64,000 bases of DNA from Amoebophrya sp. A120 (Eukaryota > Protista > Dinoflagellata), in NCBI GenBank assembly GCA_905178155.1, contig CAJINV010000008.1, positions 3,807,420 through 3,871,419 of the forward strand, written 5' to 3'. The position numbers were made by a program, and so were the translations under genes. Under the pieces are notes generated by a model, which saw only the letters and a list, made by a program, of their open reading frames with translations, did no database searches and was not told where the DNA came from. Shown here piece after piece: positions 48,691-59,327 of this stretch (positions are counted from its first letter, which is position 1; each line of letters opens with the position of its first letter).

Positions 48691-51517
48691 ATGGCGTCGT
48701 CCCCCGTACCGTTCTCGTCGCCTAACTCGGGTGTGGTGGTCCTGGACCAGGTGCAAGAAGGACAGCAGCGAACCGAAGAACGCGTGAACAAGCAAGACGA
48801 AACCTGCACGATTGCTCACCTAGCAGATGGAATTCCCCTCCCCCCCGATTTCCAGAGATCGGACGGAAAGATCACGTATGCAACATCTTTTTGAGTGAGC
48901 GTTTCCTTTCGGGTGCATGACAGCAAACTGTGTATGATTAATCTTGTAGCACGACACCGTCGCCTCACTCATAGGATCAAAGCTGCACTGTGAACAAATC
49001 TATCAGATCGGGTCCGCGAAGATGCGCGTGTTCGTTGGCTTCGGTTGCGACCTCCAAGGTGCACAAGCACAAACAGTCTGGGAACCTGCACGTATGTTTT
49101 TGTTTTGTTGCAAACATCGAGGCCAATCTGCAGTTTCCAGGAGAGGATGTAGTAACATCCCTTGTTGGGGCTTTGCATGGTTGTGAAGTCGAAGGGGCAT
49201 GAAATTTTTCACAGTTTTACCAGTATTGCACCCGGTCGTGTACCTGCCGTACGCAATTTTTCTGGATGTCAAACACAGGTCTTGCCCACGAAGAAGAAGG
49301 AGCCGAAGAACGTGTTCGGTATCCCAGATAAGATTGAACTTAGCATCGCAACGAATATACGCCACCTTACGCATGACAAACGAACTTTGCATGGACATCA
49401 ATATTCATGGGCATCAACTACGTCGCAGCGTTGTATTGCTATGGGCAAATATTGACTTTTTCGTAGGATATCCAAGAAAAAAATTCCGATGGTCCGCGTA
49501 TACCGCTTCACGGCAACTGCCGCCCTGTGTGTGACCATGGTCGTGGATGTCTACGGCCGCGAGCACGTCGTAGACTCCGCCGTTATCAATTTCGACAGCA
49601 GTTTCACTGACGAGCAAGTAGAGGCATCCGCAGCGGACGGGTTCTTGGAAGTGACTGCCTCCAGCATGAAAAGCTCCTTTGACAAGAACGATCTGTACCT
49701 GTACTTGGTGGAATCCCAAGCGGTGAAGATCACGGAAAGCCGATTGAAGGCACAAAGCGGTGCAGCTGGGGGAGGAAAGCTGGAGGTCAAAAAGTGGAAG
49801 AGTTTGCAGGTTAAGGGTATAGAAAATGCAATCCCAAGAACAAACTTAAAAACTTTACATGCTCTGCTCCGTGCGCGGAAAACAAACCGGGCGCAGCCTT
49901 TGCATTATCAAAAGCGAAACCGCTTGCAGCTTCTAGATGGTAGGGGTTACAGAAATGCGCAAAAAGATATCGGCTTCAGAAAGTTCGGAGCTTGAATTAC
50001 AAGACACGCTGGGAAGTAGTCAGAGGATGCCCAGCCAAAACATGCGCTTGCTTTTCATGTTGCGCGCAGTGTGAAAAATGGCGCCCCAATATTGGCGTAT
50101 TTGGCGCGCGCGCGCGGGTGCGCGGGCGCTTGCGTAGGACTGCCTGCAAGTATGAGTAATGCGCAGAACAAAACACAGAAAAAAGCGCAAAAATAAGCAA
50201 AATTTTGACCATAATTGCGCTGTCTTTTGCGCGCGCGAAAACTACCACGGCAACCGAGACCATACCGTGGCGTCTAAGAAATTTACAGCTAGTGAAAAGT
50301 GCATGGCTTTTTGCTGCATAATTCACAGCAAAAAAACAAGCATTTTTCACAACGCAAAAAAAAGCATCCGTCTTTAGAGCTCCGATTTGTGAGAACTCTA
50401 TTTGCGGGCGCTTTTCCGGAAGCGTATCTTGAGCTTTTCCGCGTGCTTGAACGTGCGCTGCAACATGATGTAGCGCAAAAAAAGCCACGCCATCACGTTG
50501 AAGCATCCGAAAAAGCTCAAGAAATAGCATAAAAAAGTTGCGGCTCCACGCCCGCGCGCGGATAGTGTGTTTTTGGCCTGTAGCTGTTGTCTTTCAATTG
50601 TTTCGCAGCTGGGGGCTAAATCGGTTATCGTGGTGCTGATTCGGTTTTTCGTCGTGCTGGTGCAGCAAAATTTCGCGCATGTAAAATTTTTAAGATTGAA
50701 GAAGGAATTGCATTTTTTACACCTTTAAGCAGGTACTTGTCATGAGGTTAGTTACCTCAAAGAATTATTTATATATATTTTGTTCGTTCTTGCGATCTCG
50801 AATGTGAAGCTGGAGGAGACCGTTTGCCTGCATAAAATGATTGGACGACTTGTTGCTTTTTCGCCATGTTGCAAGATGTGACTGAGTACTTGTTACCTAG
50901 CACCAAACGTATGCCAACAGACCAACGTGCAGACGATCCTGGTTACCCCGCACTTGCAACTGGTCCCCTTCCCTGTGCTGGTGGACTACTTGGCCCAGTT
51001 TTCCACCGTGGACCTCGATGGATCCAACGCTATCGAACTCGGCGAACTCGAGAAAGTCCTGCAAACGGCAGGCGGAAACGAGGCTGGTCCACAGGAAATT
51101 ATGTCCACCGTGAAGTCCTTGTTCCTCCCCGCCGGGCCGCTGGCGCATGTGGCACAAGTTTTGGGCGGTCTTGTCCGAGACCAGAAAGAGTCGCAGTACC
51201 CAGTGGCGAACGCGCCGGACAAAAAGTTGCAGCTTTCCGAGTTCTGTAGTGCCTGCGAGTATTTGCGAACGACGAGCGACGACGGAGTGTTGACCACATC
51301 ATTGCTTGCGGATTCGTCGTTCCTGGAGATGCAGAAAGAGAAAGTCGTCGGCAGTCTTCTCGGCCTGGCCGCTCTTTGCGGTCTTGCGGGAGCCCCAGAA
51401 GGGGCAATCACAGCTATGAGCAGCCGGTTGCTGCCAGGTCCGTCGCGTGAGGAACAACAAGTCGGCTATTACGACACCCGAACTCACCAACGCGTAGGCG
51501 ATCACCAGGAGGGCTGA
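48691..51517 (+). CDS. Membrane or secreted EF-hand-containing protein, about 374 aa
   Basis: Exons 48691-48875, 49467-49809, 50921-51517 join in frame through GT-AG boundaries. Hydrophobic FTATAALCVTMVVDVYG; EF-hand-like DLDGSNAIELGEL. Alternative start at ATG 49489. Confidence 0.6.
49811..50728. mobile_element. 918-bp non-autonomous TIR element (TTA...TAA ends) at an exon/intron junction
   Basis: Direct repeat GCAGG at 49806-49810 and 50729-50733; imperfect 52-bp TIR (41/52), TTAAGGGTATAGAAAATGCAAT...CTTAAAAACTTTACATGC; interior rich in GCGC and A/T runs; no transposase recognised. Confidence 0.85.
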
Positions 51518-52444
51518 CGCTGGGACGTTCTACCAGGAGGAAGGCAATCAAAGACGCGAATACTGATATTTGAATAAAAATTTTTTAAAAAAAAGCTCCT
51601 TCAAGCACAAGCTCCAAAATTTTACCTTACAGCTGCGAGAAACAGGATTACAATGCAACTTTTTAGAACAGCACTGCTTTGTGACCTTCCCAACTTTTCA
51701 GTGGATTTTCAACTTTCAATACCGACATCGTAACTTTTCAACAACTTCTATTTTTCTCGTCTCAACTTTCAGACTTTATCTTCCTTTTTCAACAAGAGCG
51801 CTTTACTTTTCAAAAACGACTTTCAGGGTTTTACGTTTAAACTTCAAAGTAGTAGTATCCTTTTCTTCTGCTAGGTTCGTGTAGTTGTCCAGCAGAAAAA
51901 GTTTTTCTATAAGGCCCCAAGCCACATGTTGCTTGCCCAGCTTGTCTTTTTGTTGAAGTAGCGCTAGCCACGTGAGGAGAAAGCAAAAAACTTTCAAGAG
52001 GTTCCACGTGACCACTCTTCAAAACAAACGACAAACAATTCTAATTGCACTGTTTCAATAGAAGAACCGTATCCGTACGATCTTTCTATGTATTGAATTG
52101 GCGTGGGCGTGCGCTCTTGTTTGGTCACTGGTGCTACTAGTACGGCCAACAGTGGCTGCTTTGTTCCTTTTCTGTTCTTTAAAGCCGATCCCGACGCGTG
52201 GTGGTCAACACAGCGATTTCGTGTTTCACGAAAGAAATCACAGCGAAAGGACAAAGTGTCGTGGCAGATACTTACTACAAAGAACTAGAATATCGCACAG
52301 ACTGATACATCGTCGCTATCGGTATCGGTTCGAGCACCTCATTGTTCCTCTTCTATGAATGTCTGCTCTCGTAAATAAAATGTTTCAACAAAACAAAAAA
52401 AGTGTACTACTAGCAGAACTGCGTTGTGTTGACTCCTACTCGTC

Positions 52445-52562
52445 GTATTTTTTCCTCGTTATCAAGCTGGTGGTGGGGTAGCGCAAAATTGCGTAGAAGA
52501 CGGGATTCAAATTCAATATTAAATACGTCGTAGGATCTGTCGTCTCCCTCCACCATCGTGAA
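52445..52562 (+). repeat. Duplicated upstream non-coding block, copy 2
   Basis: Homologous to 45797-45906. A second shared patch, CCCTGTTGC(A/C)TGATTCT(T/A)CTTCA, lies near 46006 and 52671. Confidence 0.85.
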
Positions 52563-52942
52563 GTCCGCTTCCGCTTCGGGCTTCAGTGTCATTCGTAGTC
52601 GTAGAACGAACGTGAAAAATTCGACCGCGTGTTGGAAGTCAGTGGGATTCTGAACAAAAGGACTGCGTGACCCTGTTGCCTGATTCTACTTCACGTAGGA
52701 AGGGCCTACTGCTGCATTGTAATTTAATGAAGACGACCCATATGGTAGCACGATGATGATCATGATGATGAGTAATTCTAATTCGGTCGTTCTGGTGTCA
52801 ATGTCATCGATCAATGATATCGACGACCTAGATGACCTAGAGGACGCATGTCTTACTTTTTTCTCGCGAAGGTTGGAGAATAGAAGATATCGATATCCAT
52901 ATATTGAAACAGTATTGGAATCTCGTCACACTCTTTGTCAAC

Positions 52943-55573
52943 ATGCTTGTTCTTGCAAGGCCGATTCCGTTTCTCCTCTTGAACGGAACTTTGACCGGTG
53001 CCGGGATATGGGTTATGGGACGGCGACCTGTGGACGAGAAAACTGATTTGCTCGCATCTATTCCAGGACAACGTCAACCTGATTTACTACATGAGGATGA
53101 GGTGAACGGGGGAGGTGCGCCAGCTGCTGCAGCACACGACGAAATAGAGGAAGTAGATGAAGATGCTCCACTTCATCTTCAGCATGATCCTCCACCGTCA
53201 AATCCCCACACTGAAACCGACACTGCGGACAACCATGCCGTGACTCAACGTGAACAAAATGAATTATTTCACCCATCGAACGTCGAGGCGCCAGTGCTTC
53301 TGCTTGCTGATGCTAGTGTAGTTGATGTAGTTGATGAGACTGCGGCACTGCTGGAACTGGGAGAGGACGTAGACGACGGCTCTGTGGGGTTGTCCACTTC
53401 ATCTTCAGATTCGCTCCCGCGTATGGATGATCTGCCGACAACCAGTTCTTCTTTCCGAGGGCGAGCCTCTTTTGCAGCGAGAGCGACAGCATCGAACTAT
53501 AGACGACCACACGGAAAACCAGTACGGGAAGTGATGTTTTCCAACTTTCCTGCAGGTACAACTAGCAGGGAACATCAAGGTGCGGACGTTGATGTTGTTG
53601 ACGGTTTGTTGTATCCGTCCGGCGGGTCCGGAACTTCTAACAACTCGTCGTCGTTCATCACAACGACAGTCGGCGGTGGCGAGAGCAAGTACGTTCCCTT
53701 CCTTTCCGCTCCTTCCACAGCAAGTACAAGTAACTCTCACCTCGAGCTGCAACACCAGGGACGAGGCACGGCGTCGCCATCGGAGGCGACACTGAAAACC
53801 AAATCCGGGGACGAGCAGCCAGGTTTTTTGGAATTTGGGTCGACGGAAAGAGATGAACTCGCGAGCGGTGGTGCAGCAGCGGTCGAAGCAGATGATAACG
53901 CTAAGGAAAAGGATGAAGAAAACCAAAACGCCCAAGAAGTAAAACCCAAACCCGTGGATGTTGTTTACAAAGAGATGGTGACCGCGTATGACCCCAAGGG
54001 CAAATGGAACCTCGTGAACTCTTACTACCAAATCAACAGGGTGCGGCTCGGTGGCTCCAACAGGAGGTACTTTAGATTCCAAGTCGCGCCACCTACTTCG
54101 AAGTCGGAGTCTGGGGAAATGAATGACGACAACCTGCAACCGTACCCAGGTCCGTTTTCTCCCGGAGCGGCGGCCGCAAATGAGTCGCCCCCGCAGAGCT
54201 TTCGCGCGATCAAAAAAGGAAAATTGCAGAAAGACGTGGCCGAAGATAAGGAGAAAGAGTACTATTACGCTGCACTGCGTGCCTACATTGAGGCGTTCGC
54301 CACGTGGATCCGGGCCGCGTGCCCCCCGTTTACCGGGTCGGCATTTCCGGCGGGTCATTTCTACAAAACCAAGCGCGTTCCTCAGGATCTGAGATTCTAC
54401 TGGGATCAAGGAGGTAGTAGTAGTACGACAAAGGAACTGACCGTCGCCTTCGTTCCCGAAAAGAAGGGCAGCTATATCGACGCGCAGCAGTGGAAGACCG
54501 CTCCGGAGGTTCCCTTTGTCGGAGGTTCTGGTGGCGGATCATCCGGACGAAAGAAGGACCTCCTGCCAATCCGGCTCTGCCAGGCGAAGTACCAAATTAC
54601 CTTCGCTGGGCTGCTGGGCGCCTTCGAAGACGACGACGGCCGCGCGCAAGTGTGGAGCCGTAGACTCGGCAGCAGTGCGGAAGGTGGGGCACAAATTGTC
54701 AATTTTGAAGATGACGGTGAGCGTGAGCACGATGGTCTTCAAACCGTGCAGCGCGAGTTCTTCGACACCGTGAAAGAAAAAATGACCGAGTGGATCCGGC
54801 AACGGGAGGGGGTCGATGCCTGGACTCTGGACTTCGCGGAGCTGGTCACGGCGAAGAGGGACCTGAACGACGCGGCCTTCCTTGCGGGTTGGAAAGTTCT
54901 AGAGAAGCACTACAAGAAGGGCAAGAGTAAAATCTTTAAGCAGACCCCCGCGTTCGATGTGCTCCGGGATTTCGTGACCACCATGAAGAGCTGGTACAGC
55001 GGACTCGAGGATATTCTGAAGAACGTAGAAAAGAACCTGCGAAAAAGCGCGAGGACCAAGTTGAACGGAGCAGAGAAATCGAATGTCGCCGACAAGGCCC
55101 TGTTGTACGTCCTGGGCGAGCCGAGGGGAAAAAGCGGAAAGGCCGGCAGTGCGTGGATGGACATTCTAGACAACAACTACCGGTGGCACGGCGTAGATCC
55201 GCAGCTGAAAGGAACCTTGATTAACAAGAAAAAAGACGTCAAAGCGTTGATTGCCTCTGCGGGCCGCCTGCAGCAAGGATCGTCTTCTTCTAATACCGCT
55301 CCTTCCGTCCGGGAACAAAGCAACACTGCCACGGCAGGCGAAGAACCAGAGCAAGAACGTGAAGAAGAACAAGACGAGAGAAGCGCAGCGGTGAAAAGAA
55401 AAGAGATCCTCCAGGACTTCTACGGAGCCGCGGTCTGGGCACACAAAGGGGAGGACCTCTACATGCCCACGCTCGCTCGGGCAGCCTACGCTGGCGTCCT
55501 TGCTGCCACGCCTGGAGGCAGACGCAGGCTCGGACGAGCGCTATCGGAATACGGGCAGCAGCTGTGGAAGTAG
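52943..55573 (+). CDS. Predicted secreted protein; leader paralogous to 46193-48154, C-terminal region unrecognised
   Basis: Single ORF from ATG 52943. FLLLNGTLTGAGIWVMGRRPVDE, VDETAALLEL, SSFRG and PGFLEF align with the EEP gene's N-terminus. Confidence 0.78.
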   Translation: MLVLARPIPFLLLNGTLTGAGIWVMGRRPVDEKTDLLASIPGQRQPDLLHEDEVNGGGAPAAAAHDEIEEVDEDAPLHLQHDPPPSNPHTETDTADNHAVTQREQNELFHPSNVEAPVLLLADASVVDVVDETAALLELGEDVDDGSVGLSTSSSDSLPRMDDLPTTSSSFRGRASFAARATASNYRRPHGKPVREVMFSNFPAGTTSREHQGADVDVVDGLLYPSGGSGTSNNSSSFITTTVGGGESKYVPFLSAPSTASTSNSHLELQHQGRGTASPSEATLKTKSGDEQPGFLEFGSTERDELASGGAAAVEADDNAKEKDEENQNAQEVKPKPVDVVYKEMVTAYDPKGKWNLVNSYYQINRVRLGGSNRRYFRFQVAPPTSKSESGEMNDDNLQPYPGPFSPGAAAANESPPQSFRAIKKGKLQKDVAEDKEKEYYYAALRAYIEAFATWIRAACPPFTGSAFPAGHFYKTKRVPQDLRFYWDQGGSSSTTKELTVAFVPEKKGSYIDAQQWKTAPEVPFVGGSGGGSSGRKKDLLPIRLCQAKYQITFAGLLGAFEDDDGRAQVWSRRLGSSAEGGAQIVNFEDDGEREHDGLQTVQREFFDTVKEKMTEWIRQREGVDAWTLDFAELVTAKRDLNDAAFLAGWKVLEKHYKKGKSKIFKQTPAFDVLRDFVTTMKSWYSGLEDILKNVEKNLRKSARTKLNGAEKSNVADKALLYVLGEPRGKSGKAGSAWMDILDNNYRWHGVDPQLKGTLINKKKDVKALIASAGRLQQGSSSSNTAPSVREQSNTATAGEEPEQEREEEQDERSAAVKRKEILQDFYGAAVWAHKGEDLYMPTLARAAYAGVLAATPGGRRRLGRALSEYGQQLWK

Positions 55574-56326
55574 TAGGAGATGCACTTTCATGATCTAGTA
55601 ACAAGTAAAAGCTTTTTCAGCTCCCAAGGCCAGCAACGACGACCGCCTCGGAGTGACGTTAGGGTTACGGACTAGCAGCTGCCAGGAAGAAGTGTCGTAG
55701 TTCTAGTTTTTGCCGTTCGTTTCGCTTTTGTTTACTACCTCGCCCTTCTACGTCTGTCCCGGTGGTGTAGCAAGGACTAACATGCCGCTGGCGATGCTTG
55801 CTCATGTCGCACGTGCTTGGTGGTCTAAGAGATGTCGTCCATATAATCGACAGTCACGATACTCGATTTTGCCATTGCGAACAGCTTTCGCCATAAATTC
55901 AACTTAAAGAAATTTTTATTCATTTTTCGGTGGAAGCAAAAAATAAAAAGTACCCGTCGAGGTTGATCTTCTCCTGTCGTGTTGAAAAATGCAATGCAGA
56001 GTAACTGCTGGTTTACAAGAAATTGATGAGCATTTTTGCAACTCACTTTCTTGTCTCGTCGTTTTTTTGCTGCTTTGTTCTCGTCACTGCGTGGCGGCGT
56101 TCGAAGAACGATCATTGAAGTCACCAGCAGTTCCACGACTGAGAGGAGCCCACCCTTCGTGCGTTGGCGTTGAGAGTCTAGTGTACTGCAAAAGTAAAGC
56201 GTACGACAACGACCAAGCGTAAGCGAAACCGTAAGTAGAGCTTAGACTTATGCGAAACCGTGGTGCAAGATATTTATTCAGTCTGAACTCCGGTACTACA
56301 ACCTGGTGTCTACCACGAGAAGAACA

Positions 56327-56794
56327 ATGTTGTTGTCAATCGGACGCTCCTCTGCGTGCTCCTCCCTGAAGCCTGCTATTGTGGCATCCACGCCTGTTGC
56401 CTGTTGTTCAGCGTCGTTGCCGTGGATAGCTAGAACCAGTGGAGGGGCCGCCACTTCGCGAGTTTTCGACAGCCCAGGGGTATACTATCCTGCTTCGGGT
56501 GCTGCACCATCAAGTCATTTTCGTGTCTTTGCACCTGCTGCTCTTCAACAGCAAACCCGGCACGGCTCGACGCGCACGTGCTCCAAGTCGATTCTGAATC
56601 ACTTCTACTGCCACCTGCGCATCCGCCGGCGGTGGCGACGGGCTTTGTGGAAGGGCACCATGAAGTGGGACGACAGCATCGGACAGGCCAAGATCCCCGA
56701 TCTCAACATTGAGGGCCACGAAAAGCACAAAAACAAGCCCTACAAGGGGAAATTCGAAAATTGCCGCTCGCAACGGGTCATGTTCTACCACTAG
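56327..56794 (+). CDS. Small basic protein with probable mitochondrial presequence
   Basis: S/A/R-rich, nearly acid-free N-terminus ending QQQTRH, followed by a compact basic domain (LRIRRRWRRALWKG...). Confidence 0.6.
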   Translation: MLLSIGRSSACSSLKPAIVASTPVACCSASLPWIARTSGGAATSRVFDSPGVYYPASGAAPSSHFRVFAPAALQQQTRHGSTRTCSKSILNHFYCHLRIRRRWRRALWKGTMKWDDSIGQAKIPDLNIEGHEKHKNKPYKGKFENCRSQRVMFYH

Positions 56795-59327
56795 TAGGAG
56801 AAGATGAGGACGATCATGCTCATGGTCATGCTCACGTGATGAAATAATCCAGTTATTTTTCATTGTCTAGTCGTGATTGACACTTGATTTCCATTTGCCG
56901 CTCCTTCTGTGAAAAAAGAGAAGATCCTATGGTGCAAAAGGAGAAAAGAACCAACACAGAAAGCTTCTCAAGATTAGGCCGCGATTTAAACGTGGAATAT
57001 GACGACCGACCCATTTGTGGTCATAATCAAGTGCCGTCAATTTTTCATGTGGAGGTTAACTGCGGATTCATTTCTTGTTCACCTTCAAAACCGAGAACAG
57101 GTACAGGCTTACACTTACTTTAACAGCCAACTGCAGCCAGCTATTTCAAAATCAATTCCACGCCGTTTGCAGTCTTCTTTATTGTATGTTCTTATGGTGA
57201 ACAGAAATAGTATGGCATTGCAATGCCAACGCCGCAGCGCTGCGTACTTCTACTTCAATAGCAACATGTGTAGAAAGAGAGCGAGAGAGAGAGTTTCCTG
57301 ATGTATGTACAACATGTTCTTTGCTTTGAGCTGTGAGCAGAGTGACAGTGAGTAGAGCGATGACAAGACATAGCTCAAGTTCAACCAGGCCGGTATGATA
57401 CTTATTTCCACGTGCTGCTGCATAAGGCCGCGGAAGGAATAGAGTAGACAACGCTTTTTCCCTGAGCTTAAACTATGGATATATCACTTTGATGTTTACC
57501 TTCGACAACAGCTCGCTTCGTCCATTCTTTTCTTCTTGTTTTTCTATGTGATTCGGAAGTAAACAACGAAACGTCAGCACACTCTTGCGAACCTGTGGCG
57601 CCCCCCTCGTCGTTACGCCCCATCGCACTTGATATTTACGCTCGACATTGGTAGTGCAGCCCGAGGGTTCTTCTAATTCGATTTCGCATACGCATCATTT
57701 TCCTTCCAACTCGGTACTTTAACTTTGGTGAGGAGGAATGAGTCGCATTGAATTTTTGATTCTCGCCACACTCTGGGCGACTTTTGAGAATTTATTACGT
57801 CAACATCGCCTTTGCCTTTCCTCGCATAAATTTTCCCTCAAAATAGAACTGCACAAGTTTTTTTTTGGCCTAGCGATTTCGTTGCGACGAGTAGCACAAC
57901 GAACTCTAGTTACGTAAAGAAGAAATCGCAATCTATTGATACCCGATTGATATTATCTACGTAGTTGATGCGTCACCCTCTCGCCTCGCGCAAATACTCG
58001 AATCTCTTTAACGAAGTATCTTCCTCAGCTTCACGACCTCACCAAAAAAAGTATATCGATGCTTTCTACAAAATAACGATAACCGTTGATATCATACTTT
58101 TTACAGCTAGTAGCTAAGCCTAAGATTTTTTGTTACACCGAACTTTTAAAGTTCGCGCTATTTGTTTCAGTTTCGTTTCTATTGTTACATTTGTCTACGT
58201 ATTGCTAGATCTGCTTTGGTACTGTTTCATTCTTTTTATCTGTATGTTATTTTGCTGAAGTAAAATAGTTTTTCATCATCTTTGTTTCGATGTCACCGCT
58301 TTACTGATTTTTACTGTCTTCAAGAAAAATCGATACGTTTGGTTTCAGTTTCTTGTCCAACGAGCTCACGCTGGCGCTAGGAAGATTACCCTTCACTTGG
58401 TTTCTACTTTTTCAACATCTGCAACGATCTTCTTTTTGAGCAGTATTTTTCGAATCCCTGCTGCTTTCACGACGACCACCAGCACACCTTGATTGCTTCA
58501 CCTCGACGCGGTCTACGGAGCGGCAACATTATACAAGGTTGCTCTACTTGTACTTCGCGGACGATCGTTCAGCGGCCGAGTTTGTGAGACCGACCTGCGT
58601 AGTGTTGTTGGTGCCTTCATTACGACCAGCCAGCACCTGCACCTCCCGGCATCAACGATCTGCACCATTCATTGGCTCGAAGAGTTTGACTTTTGCTGGG
58701 TCGCGAGCAGAACGAAACGCCGGAAGTGGAGAGGCCACTAAAAAACGAAGCAAGAAGGCCGCGCTGGTGCTGCAGATGTTGAGGATGAGGCTAGTGCAGC
58801 GACGATGATTTTCCGCCGCCATGGCAGCTGGTGCCGCTGAAGTTGAAGAGCAAGAGTCCTCGTTCCTCGGTCTCGAGGATAATTTCTATCATCAACGTGA
58901 TTTTTACCAGCTCCAAATGCCGGCAACGCTTGGTCGTACCTACTCAAGATGAACTTTCACTCGTCCCGGGGCACAACAACCAAGTGTGATGTCGACCACC
59001 ATTATTCATTTCTACGTCTAGTCTTTGAAAGATTTTGGTGAAATCATTCCCAAGCGAATGTTTTAGATCTACAACTTGTACTTCTACATCTACTCTCGAC
59101 AACCTACTTCTTCACCGCGTGGAGCAAAAATTCCTGTGCGAATATTAACAAACCGCGGTGAATAAAGCGAAGAGTTGTCGTTCACGACGACCTACTTGGG
59201 ACAACGACGCGGTCCTGAAGAAAGGAAAATCATTCAACCGTAACGACCGCAAAATTAACCGTAAATCCTCTACTTCTATTGGTATCACCAGTACTTGTAC
59301 TTCTAGCGGAGCGCTCTTTTTTCGAAA

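Noticed and set aside
49997-50530. 177-aa minus-strand ORF inside the 918-bp element as a possible transposase
   Set aside because: No DDE, HTH or zinc-finger motif recognised; too short and compositionally biased.
51562-51590. TATTTGAATAAAA fits the TAT-N7-AAA terminus
   Set aside because: No matching right end followed by the required ACTGA repeat was found.
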